Assembly: GCA_035472275.1 (NCBI GenBank)
Contig: DATIPH010000031.1
Span: 14,983 to 78,982 of the forward strand
Direction: 5' to 3'
From: Solirubrobacterales bacterium
GTDB lineage: Bacteria > Actinomycetota > Thermoleophilia > Solirubrobacterales > 70-9
Length of the DNA stretch: 64,000 nt
The notes under the pieces are model-generated. The model ran no database searches and was not told where the DNA came from. It worked only from the letters and a program-made list of their open reading frames with translations. The position numbers and the translations under genes are program-made. This document shows positions 51,633 through 60,985 of the stretch, piece by piece; the stretch's first letter is position 1; each line of letters starts with the position of its first letter.

Positions 51633-53228
51633 ATGGTTGAGTCTGGGGCCTGGGCCGAGCTCTCTGACGGCGACGAGTTCGCCGGCTACCGGATCGAGCG
51701 CCGGCTCGGCCGCGGTGGCATGGGGATCCTCTTCCTGGCGCTCGAGCCCGGCCTCGAGCGGCGGGTGGCACTGAAGTTGATCGCGCCGGAGGCGGCCGCA
51801 GACGACGTCTTCGCCCGGCGCTTCGCCGAGGAGTCAAAGATCGCCGCCTCAATAGAGCACCCGAACGTAGTCCCGATTTACGCCGCCGGTGAGGAGGGCG
51901 GGATCCCGTATATCGCGATGCGCTATGTCGCCGGCTCCGACCTCGGCGTCCGGATCGCCCGCGAGGGCCGGCTCGATCCCGAGCTGACGGTGGCGCTGAT
52001 CGCCCAGGTCGGAAACGGCCTCGACGCAATTCACGCCGCCGGCCTGGTCCACCGCGACGTGAAGCCGGCCAACGTCCTAATCAGCGGCGACGCGGGGGCG
52101 GAGCACGCCTACATCACCGACTTCGGCGTCGCCCGCAACGTCGCCACCCAGTCGGGCCTGACCCAGACCGGCCGCTTCGTCGGCACCCTCGACTACGTCG
52201 CCCCCGAGCAGATTTCGGGCGGCGCGATCGACGCCCGGGTCGACGTCTACGCGCTCGGCTGCCTGCTCTACAAGCTGCTCACCGGCCAAGTCCCGTTCCC
52301 GCGCGAGGGCGAGGCGGCCCGCCTCTATGCCCACCTCAACGACCCACCTCCGAATCCCTCGCTCTACGTGCCGGCGGTGTCGATGGCACTCGACGACGTC
52401 GTCGTCCGGGCGATGTCGAAGCAGCCCGACGACCGCTATCCCTCGGCCGGCGACCTCGGCCGTGCCGCCCAGGCCGCCCTCAGGGGCACCGGGGTCCCGA
52501 TTCCGGAGCGCACCGTCGCGACCGGCGCCGCCGCCACGGTCGAGTCCCAACAGGTGAGGGAGCCCCCGACGGAACCAACGCGGCCCGAGCCCACGCGCCG
52601 TGACGATGGCGATGTTGACCCCCCTATAGGGGGTAAAAAATCGCCAACGAGCGCGAGGCAGCGGTTGCCGGCGCTCGCGGGCGGGGCAGCGGCCCTGGTG
52701 GCGATTGTGGTCCTGATTGTCGTGCTCGCCTCGGGCGGGGGAGGGGGTACCGGCACCGCAGCGACGACGACGCAGGAAGAAACGGCGCCGAAGGAACAGA
52801 CCACCAAGGAAGAAGCGAAGAAACCGAAGTCGGAAACGGATCGCCTCTCCACGCGCGAGCTCGTCGCCGGGGCGGACAAGAGCTGCGAAGAAGCGAGGAC
52901 GACGTACGAAGGGGTGAAAGCCGAATTCGGCGGCACGAAGGAAGCGGAAGAAATCCCCAACGTCGAATTCGCCAAAGAGCTCGTCGGCATCTCCAGCAAG
53001 CAGGTACAGGACCTCGAAGCGCTGGTGCCGCCGAAGAGCAAGGAAGACGAGTTCGACGCCTACCTCAGCTCGCGCCGCCGCGTCGCCGCCTGGGACAGGG
53101 ACGCACTGGCCGCCGCAAAGGAAGGCAACGAAGGCGCATACCGGTCCGCCTATGAACTGCGTACGGAAACGGAACCGGAACGCGAACAGCTCGCTGATGA
53201 AATCGGCTTCAAGGTCTGTAGCCAGTAG
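51633..53228 (+). CDS. Transmembrane Ser/Thr protein kinase
   Basis: GRGGMG, VALK, HRDVKPANVL, DFG and APE motifs. TM helix AAALVAIVVLIVVLA, then an extracytoplasmic C-domain. Confidence 0.9.
   Translation: MVESGAWAELSDGDEFAGYRIERRLGRGGMGILFLALEPGLERRVALKLIAPEAAADDVFARRFAEESKIAASIEHPNVVPIYAAGEEGGIPYIAMRYVAGSDLGVRIAREGRLDPELTVALIAQVGNGLDAIHAAGLVHRDVKPANVLISGDAGAEHAYITDFGVARNVATQSGLTQTGRFVGTLDYVAPEQISGGAIDARVDVYALGCLLYKLLTGQVPFPREGEAARLYAHLNDPPPNPSLYVPAVSMALDDVVVRAMSKQPDDRYPSAGDLGRAAQAALRGTGVPIPERTVATGAAATVESQQVREPPTEPTRPEPTRRDDGDVDPPIGGKKSPTSARQRLPALAGGAAALVAIVVLIVVLASGGGGGTGTAATTTQEETAPKEQTTKEEAKKPKSETDRLSTRELVAGADKSCEEARTTYEGVKAEFGGTKEAEEIPNVEFAKELVGISSKQVQDLEALVPPKSKEDEFDAYLSSRRRVAAWDRDALAAAKEGNEGAYRSAYELRTETEPEREQLADEIGFKVCSQ
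52604..52649. repeat. 46-bp palindromic element, copy B (inside the kinase CDS, in frame)
   Basis: CGATGGCGATGTTGACCCCCCTATAGGGGGTAAAAAATCGCCAACG. The reverse complement of its right arm matches the left arm of copy A at 21/23 positions. Confidence 0.8.
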
Positions 53229-53274
53229 GCGGGCCGGGCAGAGCCTCCAGGCGCCTCCAGTACGTCAGAGGGCA

Positions 53275-53300
53275 CTTACGTAAGAATCTGCTTAAATAAG
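53275..53300. promoter_or_regulatory. Palindromes CTTACGTAAG and CTTAAATAAG upstream of the ArsR gene (candidate operator)
   Basis: Two CTTAnnTAAG boxes 16 nt apart in an A/T-rich stretch. Confidence 0.35.
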
Positions 53301-53315
53301 TCCATCGACGCGGAC

Positions 53316-53708
53316 CTGAAAGACGGACTGGAGCAGCTGGACCTCGCAGCGCGGGCGATTGCCGAGCCGCGGCGGCGGCAGATCCTGTCCCTGGTCCGCG
53401 ACGAGGAGCTCAGCGCCGGCGAGATCGCCGCTCACTTCGACGTCTCCCGCCCGGCTGTCTCCCAGCACCTGACGGTTCTACGCGGCGCTGGGCTGCTGCA
53501 GGAGAGGAGGGAGGGGACGAGCCGCCTCTACCGAGCGCGGCCGGAGGGGCTAGCCGACCTACGCGACTTCATGAACGGATTCTGGACGGACCGACTGGAG
53601 CGGCTGAAGCTGGCCGCTGAGCTGGAGCAACAGAGGAGGAACAAACGTGGCAAACGCAGAGACGATGGACGCGGTCGAGGTCGAGGTGTGGATCGGCGCA
53701 AGCCCTGA
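53316..53708 (+). CDS. ArsR/SmtB-family transcriptional regulator (start codon uncertain, possibly CTG)
   Basis: IAEPRRRQILSLVRDEELSAGEIAAHFDVSRPAVSQHLTVLRGAGLL is an ArsR HTH. There is no in-frame ATG/GTG/TTG between the upstream stop (53226) and the HTH, so the ORF is absent from the track. Confidence 0.65.
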   Translation: MKDGLEQLDLAARAIAEPRRRQILSLVRDEELSAGEIAAHFDVSRPAVSQHLTVLRGAGLLQERREGTSRLYRARPEGLADLRDFMNGFWTDRLERLKLAAELEQQRRNKRGKRRDDGRGRGRGVDRRKP

Positions 53709-54102
53709 AACGGTCTTCGACTTCTTCACCGATTCCGGCCTGATGGTGCAGTGGATGGGCCGCGTCGTAGAGACCGACCCGCGACCGGGCGGCGGCTTCC
53801 GCTGCGAGATCAGGGACGACACGATCGCCTCCGGCGAGTACGTCGCCGTCGAACCGCCCGAGCGGGTCGTCTTCACCTGGGGCTGGAACAGCGAGGACTC
53901 GATTACCAAGGCCGGCAGCAGCACGGTCGAGGTCCTGCTCGCGGCCGAACGTGACGGCACCCACGTGCGACTAATCCACAGCGACTTGGGCAGTGCCGAG
54001 TCGGCGACCAAACACGGTCACGGTTGGCGCCACTACCTCGACCGGCTCGCGATCGCCGCCAGCGGTGGCGACGCCGGCCCGGACAAATTCGCAAACGCAT
54101 AA
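53647..54102 (+). CDS. SRPBCC (Aha1/START-like) domain protein
   Basis: VEVWIGASPETVFDFFTDSGLMVQWMG is typical of the AHSA1 family, which is commonly paired with ArsR. Confidence 0.75.
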   Translation: MANAETMDAVEVEVWIGASPETVFDFFTDSGLMVQWMGRVVETDPRPGGGFRCEIRDDTIASGEYVAVEPPERVVFTWGWNSEDSITKAGSSTVEVLLAAERDGTHVRLIHSDLGSAESATKHGHGWRHYLDRLAIAASGGDAGPDKFANA

Positions 54103-54115
54103 CGAGAGGGAGACG

Positions 54116-54469
54116 ATGGGTAATCCGACGATGTGGTTCGAAATCGCGGCCAAAGACCGCGAGAGCATGAAGGGCTTCTACTCCGGCCTCTTCGACTGGC
54201 AACTGACCGACATGGAGGCGATGCCGTACACCAGCATCGACACCGGCGGCCAGGGGATTCCCGGCGGAATCGGCCAGGCGGAGGGCCACGAGGGCCGCGT
54301 GACCTTCTACGTCGAAGTCGACGACGTTGCTGCGGGATTGGCCAAGGCCAACTCTCTTGGCGGAAGCACGGTGATGGAGCCGATGCCGATCCCGAGCGGT
54401 GAAATCGCCCTCTTCGCTGACCCCGAGGGTCAGATCGTCGGCCTGATGAACATGAACGGGGCCGGCTGA
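54116..54469 (+). CDS. VOC/glyoxalase-family protein
   Basis: MWFEIAAKDRESMKGFYSGLFDW ... IALFADPEGQIVGL. GAGGGAGA Shine-Dalgarno before ATG 54116. Confidence 0.75.
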   Translation: MGNPTMWFEIAAKDRESMKGFYSGLFDWQLTDMEAMPYTSIDTGGQGIPGGIGQAEGHEGRVTFYVEVDDVAAGLAKANSLGGSTVMEPMPIPSGEIALFADPEGQIVGLMNMNGAG

Positions 54470-54489
54470 GAATCGGTCAAGATGGCCGG

Positions 54490-55083
54490 GTGGAGAACCT
54501 GGCGACGCGGCTCGAGGGGGAGTTAGTCGTCCTCGAGCCGCTGCGGGAGTCGCACGCCGAGGAGCTCTGGGGTGCGGCTCAAGCGCCGGAGATCTGGGCC
54601 TGGCTCGCGAACATCGGCGAGGACCGCGAGCTCTTCGACTATTGGATGCGGCTCTCACTCGAGGCGATGGCCGAGGGGCGGGAGGGCGTCTACGTCATCC
54701 GCCGCCGCGCCGACGACGTCGTCCTCGGCAGCAGCCGCTACCTCAACGTGCGCCCGGCCGACCGCGTCGTCGAGATCGGCTGGACCTGGCTCAACCCCTC
54801 CGCCTGGCGCACGGGCGCCAACCTCGAGACCAAACTGCTGCTGTTCGGCCACGCCTTCGAGTCGCTCGACTGCATTCGGGTCGAGCTCAAGACCGATGCC
54901 CGCAACGAGCGCTCCCGCGCGGCGATGGCCGCTCTCCCGGCCCAGTTCGAGGGGATCCTCCGCAAGCACATGATCGTCCCCACCGTCGGCGTCCGCGACT
55001 CCGCCTACTACAGCGTCCTCGACGACGAGTGGCCCGCCGTCCGCGCCAACCTCGAACGCCGGCTCAGTCGTTCCGGTGGGTGA
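54490..55083 (+). CDS. GNAT-family N-acetyltransferase
   Basis: RimJ/RimL-like layout with IGWTWLNPSAWRTGANLETKLLLFGHAFE. Confidence 0.75.
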   Translation: MENLATRLEGELVVLEPLRESHAEELWGAAQAPEIWAWLANIGEDRELFDYWMRLSLEAMAEGREGVYVIRRRADDVVLGSSRYLNVRPADRVVEIGWTWLNPSAWRTGANLETKLLLFGHAFESLDCIRVELKTDARNERSRAAMAALPAQFEGILRKHMIVPTVGVRDSAYYSVLDDEWPAVRANLERRLSRSGG

Positions 55084-55912
55084 GCTTTTCGGCCCGCTGG
55101 CGGACTTCCTCGGTTGCCTCGCGGGTCGCCGCGACCGCCTCGTCGCGGGCGGCGGCGGCGCCCTCTTCGGGCTTGCCGCCGACGACGTCGCGGAACGCTT
55201 CCTTGAAGCGCTCGGTGCGGCGGGTCGGCGCGAAGCGGTCTTCCGCCTTCGCCTGCTTCTGCGGCCGCCGCTCCCCGTAGCGATGCCGCGCCCAGGGTGA
55301 GCGCGGCTTGCCGATCCGGCAGGCGCCGTAGACCGCGACGGGAAAGACGAAAGCGCCGACGACGCCATGCAGGACGCGGCCCTTGAAGAAGCAGACCGCG
55401 ACCACCGAGAAGGCGATCACCGTCAGCGCGACGCTGACGATCACCGTCTCCGCTGAGCCGGACTCGATCGCGACCGGGCTGTAGCCGAGCAGGACCAGGC
55501 ACATCGCGGCGGCGGCGATCACCACCGCGTCGATCGAGCTGCGCCCCTCCGAGGCCCAGTAGACGTCCTCGAGGTGAACCCAGAGCGCGAACTCGTCGAT
55601 CGTCAGGCCGGCTCCGACACCGAAGACGAAGGCGAAGATCTCGGTGTGGGGGCTGCGGCCGAAGGCGAGGAAGCCGAGCGAGCCGGCGATCATCATCGTC
55701 ACGATTCCCCAGACGAGGTGGTGGAGATGGACGCCGCTGTCGCTGACGACGCTCCCCGGCCACCAGGGCACCTTCGGGCTCCGCATCAGCCGGGCGCTGG
55801 TGCGGATGAAGGCGAAGGAGAGCAGGAAGCCGCAGAGCACGAGGAAGAAGCCCTGCTCTTCGTGCTGGACGAGGTTCTCCCAGAAGTTGGAGAAGATCGA
55901 GGCGGTGATCAT
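55064..55912 (-). CDS. Integral membrane protein (282 aa)
   Basis: About 6 TM helices. Start at ATG 55912 (MITASIF), which overlaps the upstream gene's stop. The longer track ORF is an artefact. Confidence 0.65.
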   Translation of the reverse strand: MITASIFSNFWENLVQHEEQGFFLVLCGFLLSFAFIRTSARLMRSPKVPWWPGSVVSDSGVHLHHLVWGIVTMMIAGSLGFLAFGRSPHTEIFAFVFGVGAGLTIDEFALWVHLEDVYWASEGRSSIDAVVIAAAAMCLVLLGYSPVAIESGSAETVIVSVALTVIAFSVVAVCFFKGRVLHGVVGAFVFPVAVYGACRIGKPRSPWARHRYGERRPQKQAKAEDRFAPTRRTERFKEAFRDVVGGKPEEGAAAARDEAVAATREATEEVRQRAEKLTHRND

Positions 55913-56703
55913 GCCGTCACTCCCGGGGCCGAGTGTACCCGCGGCCCGGACCCGTCTTTTTGGTGGATCAGCTCGACCGTGAGCAGCACCGCGGCGACCG
56001 CGAAGGCGGGGGAGAGGACGATGTTGGAGGCCGACTCGGCCAGCCAACCGGCAACTAGCGTGTCCCCGAGCCAGTCGTGGATCAGATGGGCGACGCCGTC
56101 GCCGAGCGCGTCGCCGATCACCTCGACCGGGACCAGCACCCAGAAGACGAACCAGAAGTTCCCACGCACCAGCTCCCAGCTGCGGCGGAAGGCGCCGCGG
56201 ACCGTCCGCTCCTCGATCTCGACGACCGGACCGGCGAGTCCGAGCCAGATGAAGACGAGGACGCCGGGGACGATCAACAGGGCAAACCCGACCGCGACCA
56301 GAATCACGTAGAGGATGTCCAGCGCGATCAGGCGGCGGTAGTTGATCTGGCGGGCGATGTGGGAGAGGGGTGGTGGCCGATCGTGCTCGGGGTGGGTGAG
56401 CGAGATCGCAACGGCACCGCTGAAGAAGACCTCGCCCAGCAGCCCGGTCGTGGTCGCCAGCGCGATCGCGGTGAGCAGTGCCGCGACTTTGATCCCGCTG
56501 TTGAGATCGAGCGATTCGACGTCGACCTGGAGCGCCAGCGCGTCGAGCAGCCCAAGGGGGACGAAGATGACGACGCTGAGCAGCAGCAGCCCCCATTTCC
56601 AGGACCAGTAGGTGTGCCCGATCCGCGCGTAGGTGGATCTCAACCGCGACCGGAGGGACCTCAACCGGCCCGGAATGGACCTCAACCACAGGAGGAGCTT
56701 CAC
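55909..56703 (-). CDS. Integral membrane protein (264 aa)
   Basis: About 6 TM helices. Translationally coupled to the downstream membrane protein. Confidence 0.65.
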   Translation of the reverse strand: MKLLLWLRSIPGRLRSLRSRLRSTYARIGHTYWSWKWGLLLLSVVIFVPLGLLDALALQVDVESLDLNSGIKVAALLTAIALATTTGLLGEVFFSGAVAISLTHPEHDRPPPLSHIARQINYRRLIALDILYVILVAVGFALLIVPGVLVFIWLGLAGPVVEIEERTVRGAFRRSWELVRGNFWFVFWVLVPVEVIGDALGDGVAHLIHDWLGDTLVAGWLAESASNIVLSPAFAVAAVLLTVELIHQKDGSGPRVHSAPGVTA

Positions 56704-56704
56704 G

Positions 56705-57034
56705 CTAACGGCGCCTGCGGCCCGACTTGACCTGGCCGCGTTTCTCCAACCGCGACTGACTCGACTCCGAGGCGGGGACCCGCTTCAGGTTCGATAGCTC
56801 CGGGATCAGGATCTCTTCCGCGCACTGCCGGTGCCAGTGGTGGTGGTCTGTGCCTCCGAGCCGGCGCACGAACTGGACCACGGTGTGCTCATCACCGACA
56901 GCGATATCGCCGTGGCAGCCGGGGCAGCGGTAGAGCTTGCGGGCGATGCCGCGGATCAGCCAGGCCTCGTCGCCCTCTTCGGTCAGGCCCCGCAGGGACC
57001 AGCGGATACTGGGCTGGCCGTCGAACTCGCTCAT
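56705..57034 (-). CDS. Hypothetical Cys/His-containing small protein
   Basis: YRCPGCHGDI ... HHHWHRQC could be a zinc-binding motif. Confidence 0.5.
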   Translation of the reverse strand: MSEFDGQPSIRWSLRGLTEEGDEAWLIRGIARKLYRCPGCHGDIAVGDEHTVVQFVRRLGGTDHHHWHRQCAEEILIPELSNLKRVPASESSQSRLEKRGQVKSGRRRR

Positions 57035-57035
57035 C

Positions 57036-57419
57036 TCAGCGCTTTGACATCCAGGCGAAGCCAGCGGCCATCGCGACGTTGGCGACGCCGGCGAAGTAGA
57101 GGCCGAGCTTGGCGCCGGGCCGACTTACCGCCGGTGACTGGGCCCAGAGCGCGTCGGTCGCGATCTCGGTCCCCCGCAACCAGGCCAGCGATTGCCAGTC
57201 ACCCGCCCGGCCGCGCTTGGCGGCGACCGCGTGAGCGGCGGCGAAGGTGAGCCAGATCGGCCCGCAGCGCCGAAACAGATGCTTGGCGTCGGGCGAGGGC
57301 TCGTCGTGGCCGAGCACCTTTAGCGTCGCCGCCGGGGCCGCGATCGCGGCGCTCCCGAGCAACAAGTCGAAGGCGATCATGTTCATGTTGGTGATGCGAA
57401 GTGCGTCTTCGAGGGTCAT
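57036..57419 (-). CDS. Small membrane protein (4 TM)
   Basis: Hydrophobic helices throughout. Tightly spaced with the downstream gene. Confidence 0.55.
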   Translation of the reverse strand: MTLEDALRITNMNMIAFDLLLGSAAIAAPAATLKVLGHDEPSPDAKHLFRRCGPIWLTFAAAHAVAAKRGRAGDWQSLAWLRGTEIATDALWAQSPAVSRPGAKLGLYFAGVANVAMAAGFAWMSKR

Positions 57420-57470
57420 CAGGCGAGTTTCTCAGAAGGGAAAGCGTCAGGTAGGGCGAAATGGACCGCC

Positions 57471-58322
57471 GTGACCAAGACTGCAACGAAGTCCCCCCAA
57501 CTGAAGAGCCTTTCCGACTACATCCAGGAGCGTTTCGACGAGTTCTCGCGCTCCCAGAAAGACGTCGCCCGCTACATCGTCGATCACCTCGACGAGGCAG
57601 CCTTCCTCACCGCCGAGGAGCTGGCCAGGAGAGCGAGCACCTCGTCATCGACGGTGGTGCGCTTCTCCCAGGCCCTCGGCTTCGAGGGCTACCCGGAGCT
57701 ACAGCAGGCCGCGATCGAGGAGTACCGCACGACGATCGCCGGTCCTGGTGTCGCCGCCGGAGGGGCCCTCTTCTCCTTTGACCACTCCGAGCTCGAGGGC
57801 TCGCTCAGCGCCGACTACTCGAACCTCGAGGAAACCGCGCGCAAACTGACCCCCGAACAGGTCGATGCCTCGGTCTCGGCGCTTGCCACCGCGCAGCGGA
57901 TCGTGATCGTCGGGGTCGACCAGATGGCGTTCTTCGCCAGCTACCTGCGCCACACTCTCAGCCTGCTCGACATCCGGGCCGAGATCGTCGCCTCGACCGG
58001 CGGCGAGTCGCTCCAGCGTCTTGGCCGAATCGACGACGAGACGCTGGTCATCACCCTTTCCGCCGGCCGTGCCCACCCGCTCATATTGCGGGCGATGAAG
58101 CTCGCCCTCCACCGCGGTGCGCGCACCCTGGCGATCTCCGACGCGACGATGTCGGAGGCGGGGGAGCACGCCGAGCTGACCCTCTACTTCTCGTCGAACA
58201 GCCCCAGCTTCACGCGCTCTAATACGGCGCTGATGGCGCTCGTCCAGGCTCTGGCCCACGGCCTCTACGCCCGCGACGAAGCCACGCACAAAGACCGTAT
58301 TAGGGCATACAAACTGAAGTAG
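57471..58322 (+). CDS. MurR/RpiR-family transcriptional regulator (HTH + SIS domain)
   Basis: N-terminal [40 protein letters not shown], and SIS-like [12 protein letters not shown]. Confidence 0.85.
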   Translation: MTKTATKSPQLKSLSDYIQERFDEFSRSQKDVARYIVDHLDEAAFLTAEELARRASTSSSTVVRFSQALGFEGYPELQQAAIEEYRTTIAGPGVAAGGALFSFDHSELEGSLSADYSNLEETARKLTPEQVDASVSALATAQRIVIVGVDQMAFFASYLRHTLSLLDIRAEIVASTGGESLQRLGRIDDETLVITLSAGRAHPLILRAMKLALHRGARTLAISDATMSEAGEHAELTLYFSSNSPSFTRSNTALMALVQALAHGLYARDEATHKDRIRAYKLK

Positions 58323-58389
58323 CCCATGCAGGGGTTTTGTCCGGGGCGGCGCGCCGGCCCAGGGGGTGTCCCACGTAATATGGGACGCG

Positions 58390-59277
58390 ATGGCTGAGCG
58401 AGCAACGTTTCGACTGAAGACCGGCCTGGCGGAGATGCTGAAGGGCGGCGTGATCATGGACGTGGTCACGCCTGAGGAGGCGACGATTGCCGAGGAGGCG
58501 GGCGCCTGCGCGGTGATGGCGCTCGAGCGCGTCCCGGCCGATATCCGCCGCGACGGCGGCGTCGCCCGCATGTCCGATCCGGCGATGATCAAGGGGATCC
58601 AGGAGGCGGTCAGCATCCCGGTGATGGCCAAGGCCCGAATCGGCCACTTTGCCGAGGCCCAGGTCCTGCAGGCGCTCGAGGTCGACTACATCGACGAGTC
58701 CGAGGTCCTGACCCCGGCCGACGAGCGCAACCACATCGACAAGCTCGCCTTCGAGGTCCCCTTCGTCTGCGGCGCCACCAACCTTGGTGAGGCATTGCGC
58801 CGCCTCGGCGAGGGAGCGGCGATGATCCGCTCCAAGGGCGAGGCCGGGACCGGGAACGTGGTCGAGGCGGTGCGCCACATGCGTGAGATCACCACTGGCA
58901 TCAAACAGCTTGCGCTGCTGCGCCCCGAGGAGCTCGCCGCCGCCGCCAAAGACCTGCCGGCGCCGCTGGAAGTCGTCCAGGAGGTCGCCTCCGCGGGTCG
59001 CCTGCCGGTGCCCCTGTTCTGCGCGGGCGGTATCGCTACCCCAGCCGACGCGGCGCTGATGATGCAGCTCGGGGCTGAGGGTAACTTCGTCGGCTCCGGC
59101 ATCTTCAAGAGCTCTGACCCGGCGCGCCGCGCGAAGGCGATTGTCGAGGCGACGACCCACTTCAACGACCCCGAGCGCGTCGCCGCCGCTTCGATCGGCC
59201 TGGGCGAGGCGATGCCCGGCCTCGAGATCGGCGACCTCGAAGCCGCCGACGCGCTCCTGCAGAATCGCGGAGCCTGA
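58390..59277 (+). CDS. pdxS: Pyridoxal 5'-phosphate synthase lyase subunit PdxS
   Basis: [26 protein letters not shown] and [16 protein letters not shown] are highly diagnostic. Confidence 0.95.
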   Translation: MAERATFRLKTGLAEMLKGGVIMDVVTPEEATIAEEAGACAVMALERVPADIRRDGGVARMSDPAMIKGIQEAVSIPVMAKARIGHFAEAQVLQALEVDYIDESEVLTPADERNHIDKLAFEVPFVCGATNLGEALRRLGEGAAMIRSKGEAGTGNVVEAVRHMREITTGIKQLALLRPEELAAAAKDLPAPLEVVQEVASAGRLPVPLFCAGGIATPADAALMMQLGAEGNFVGSGIFKSSDPARRAKAIVEATTHFNDPERVAAASIGLGEAMPGLEIGDLEAADALLQNRGA

Positions 59278-59280
59278 CCG

Positions 59281-59862
59281 CTGAAGGTCGGGGTCCTAGC
59301 GCTCCAGGGGGACTTCGAGGCTCACGCCCGCATGCTTCGCCGCCTCGGTGCCGAGGTCGACGAGGTTCGCACCGCGGCTGAGATGGAGGGGTTGGATGGA
59401 CTGGTGATCCCCGGCGGCGAGAGCACGACGATCAGCAAGGGGATCGAAGCGGCGGCACTGGAGCCGGCGCTGCGGGCCCATCACGACGCGGGCCGGCCGA
59501 TCCTTGGGACTTGCGCCGGGCTGATCGTCTGCGATGCCGACCACCTCGGTTTCCTCGACGTGACGGCGCGCCGCAACGCCTTCGGGCGTCAGCTGCAGAG
59601 CTTCGAAGCCGAGCTCGAGGTCGAGGGGATCGGCGATGAGACCCTGCGCGCGGTCTTCATCCGCGCCCCCTGGGTCGAGAGCCACGGGCCCGGGGTCGAA
59701 GTGCTGGCCAGCTACGAGGGGCACCCCGTCGCGGTACGCGCGGGCAGTGTGCTGGCCTCCGCCTTCCACCCTGAGCTGACCGACGACCCCCGCTTTCATG
59801 CGATCTTCATGGCGATGACGACGAGTTTCCGCGAGCGGGAAAAAGAGGAGAGTGCGCGATGA
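59281..59862 (+). CDS. pdxT: PLP synthase glutaminase subunit PdxT (start apparently CTG)
   Basis: LKVGVLALQGDFEAH, LVIPGGESTT, GTCAG and FHPE motifs. The conserved N-terminus lies upstream of the first ATG (59332). The gene is in the same frame as pdxS, 3 nt after its TGA. Confidence 0.85.
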   Translation: MKVGVLALQGDFEAHARMLRRLGAEVDEVRTAAEMEGLDGLVIPGGESTTISKGIEAAALEPALRAHHDAGRPILGTCAGLIVCDADHLGFLDVTARRNAFGRQLQSFEAELEVEGIGDETLRAVFIRAPWVESHGPGVEVLASYEGHPVAVRAGSVLASAFHPELTDDPRFHAIFMAMTTSFREREKEESAR

Positions 59863-60968
59863 CCGCAGGCGATCCGAGGACCAAGGCGCTGGCGAAGATC
59901 CTTGTCAACTACTCGACCGAGGTGAAGGACGGGGATGTCGTCTCGATCGACGGCGAGAGCGCCGCGGCGCCGCTGCTGATCGCGGTCTACGAGGAGGTGC
60001 TGAAGGCGGGTGGCAACCCGGTCCTGAACGTCGCCCTCGAGGGACAGATCGCCGCCTACTTCAAGCACGCCTCCGACAAGCAGCTGGAATGGATCTCGCC
60101 GTTCGCCGAGTGGATGGTCGACCACGCCGACGTGCGGATCGCGATCGGCGCCAGCACCAACACGCGGGAGCTCTCCGGGGTTGCTCCAGAGCGGCAGACT
60201 CTGCGCCAGTCCGTCACCGGCGACCTGATGACGCGGGCGATGAAAAGGTCCGCCGAGGGCGACTTCCGCTGGGTCTTCACCCTCTTCCCGACCAGCGCCT
60301 ACGCCTCGGAGGCGGAGATGAGCCTGGCCGACTACGAGGACTTCTACTACGCGGCCTGTCTCGCCGACGACGGCGACCCGCTGACCGCTTGGCAGCGGGC
60401 CTCGGCGGAGACCGAGCGCCTGGCGCAGTGGATCGAGGGTCACCAGGAGGTGCGGGTAACGGCCCCGGGAACCGACATCACCCTTGGTATCGCCGGCCGT
60501 AAGTTCATCCCCTGCGACGGTCGCAACAACATGCCCGACGGCGAGTTCTTCACCGGCCCGGTCGAGGACTCGGTCGAGGGCGAGGTCAGTTTCCACCTGC
60601 CGGCGGTGATCGGCGGCCGCGAGGTCTCCGGGGTGCGCCTGCGCTTCGAGTCCGGCCGGGTCGTCGATGCCAGCGCCGAGCGCGGCGAGGAGTACCTGAT
60701 CACGCTGCTCGACACCGACGCGGGTGCTCGCACTCTGGGCGAGCTCGGGATCGGGACCAACTACGGGATCGACCGCGGCACTCGCGAGGTCCTGCTCGAC
60801 GAGAAGCTCGGTGGCACCGTCCACATGGCGGTCGGCGCCAGCTATCCGGAGTCGGGCGGCGTCAACGAGTCAGCGGTTCACACCGACCTCGTCTGTGACC
60901 TCCGCCTCGGCGGCAAGCTGGAAGTCGACGGCGTGGTGATGCAGGAAGACGGCAGGTTCGTCGTTTAG
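59859..60968 (+). CDS. M29-family aminopeptidase (AmpS/PepS-like)
   Basis: LAKILVNYSTEVKDGDVV..EEVLKAGGNPV and GTNYGI are typical of the family. Confidence 0.8.
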   Translation: MTAGDPRTKALAKILVNYSTEVKDGDVVSIDGESAAAPLLIAVYEEVLKAGGNPVLNVALEGQIAAYFKHASDKQLEWISPFAEWMVDHADVRIAIGASTNTRELSGVAPERQTLRQSVTGDLMTRAMKRSAEGDFRWVFTLFPTSAYASEAEMSLADYEDFYYAACLADDGDPLTAWQRASAETERLAQWIEGHQEVRVTAPGTDITLGIAGRKFIPCDGRNNMPDGEFFTGPVEDSVEGEVSFHLPAVIGGREVSGVRLRFESGRVVDASAERGEEYLITLLDTDAGARTLGELGIGTNYGIDRGTREVLLDEKLGGTVHMAVGASYPESGGVNESAVHTDLVCDLRLGGKLEVDGVVMQEDGRFVV

Positions 60969-60985
60969 CGACGAATCGAGGTTGG

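Noticed and set aside
53226-53228. Kinase-ArsR stop-codon readthrough fusion
   Set aside because: Being in the same frame has a one-in-three chance. The 30 codons after the stop are A/T-rich and operator-like rather than coding. Independent initiation (possibly at CTG) is more plausible.
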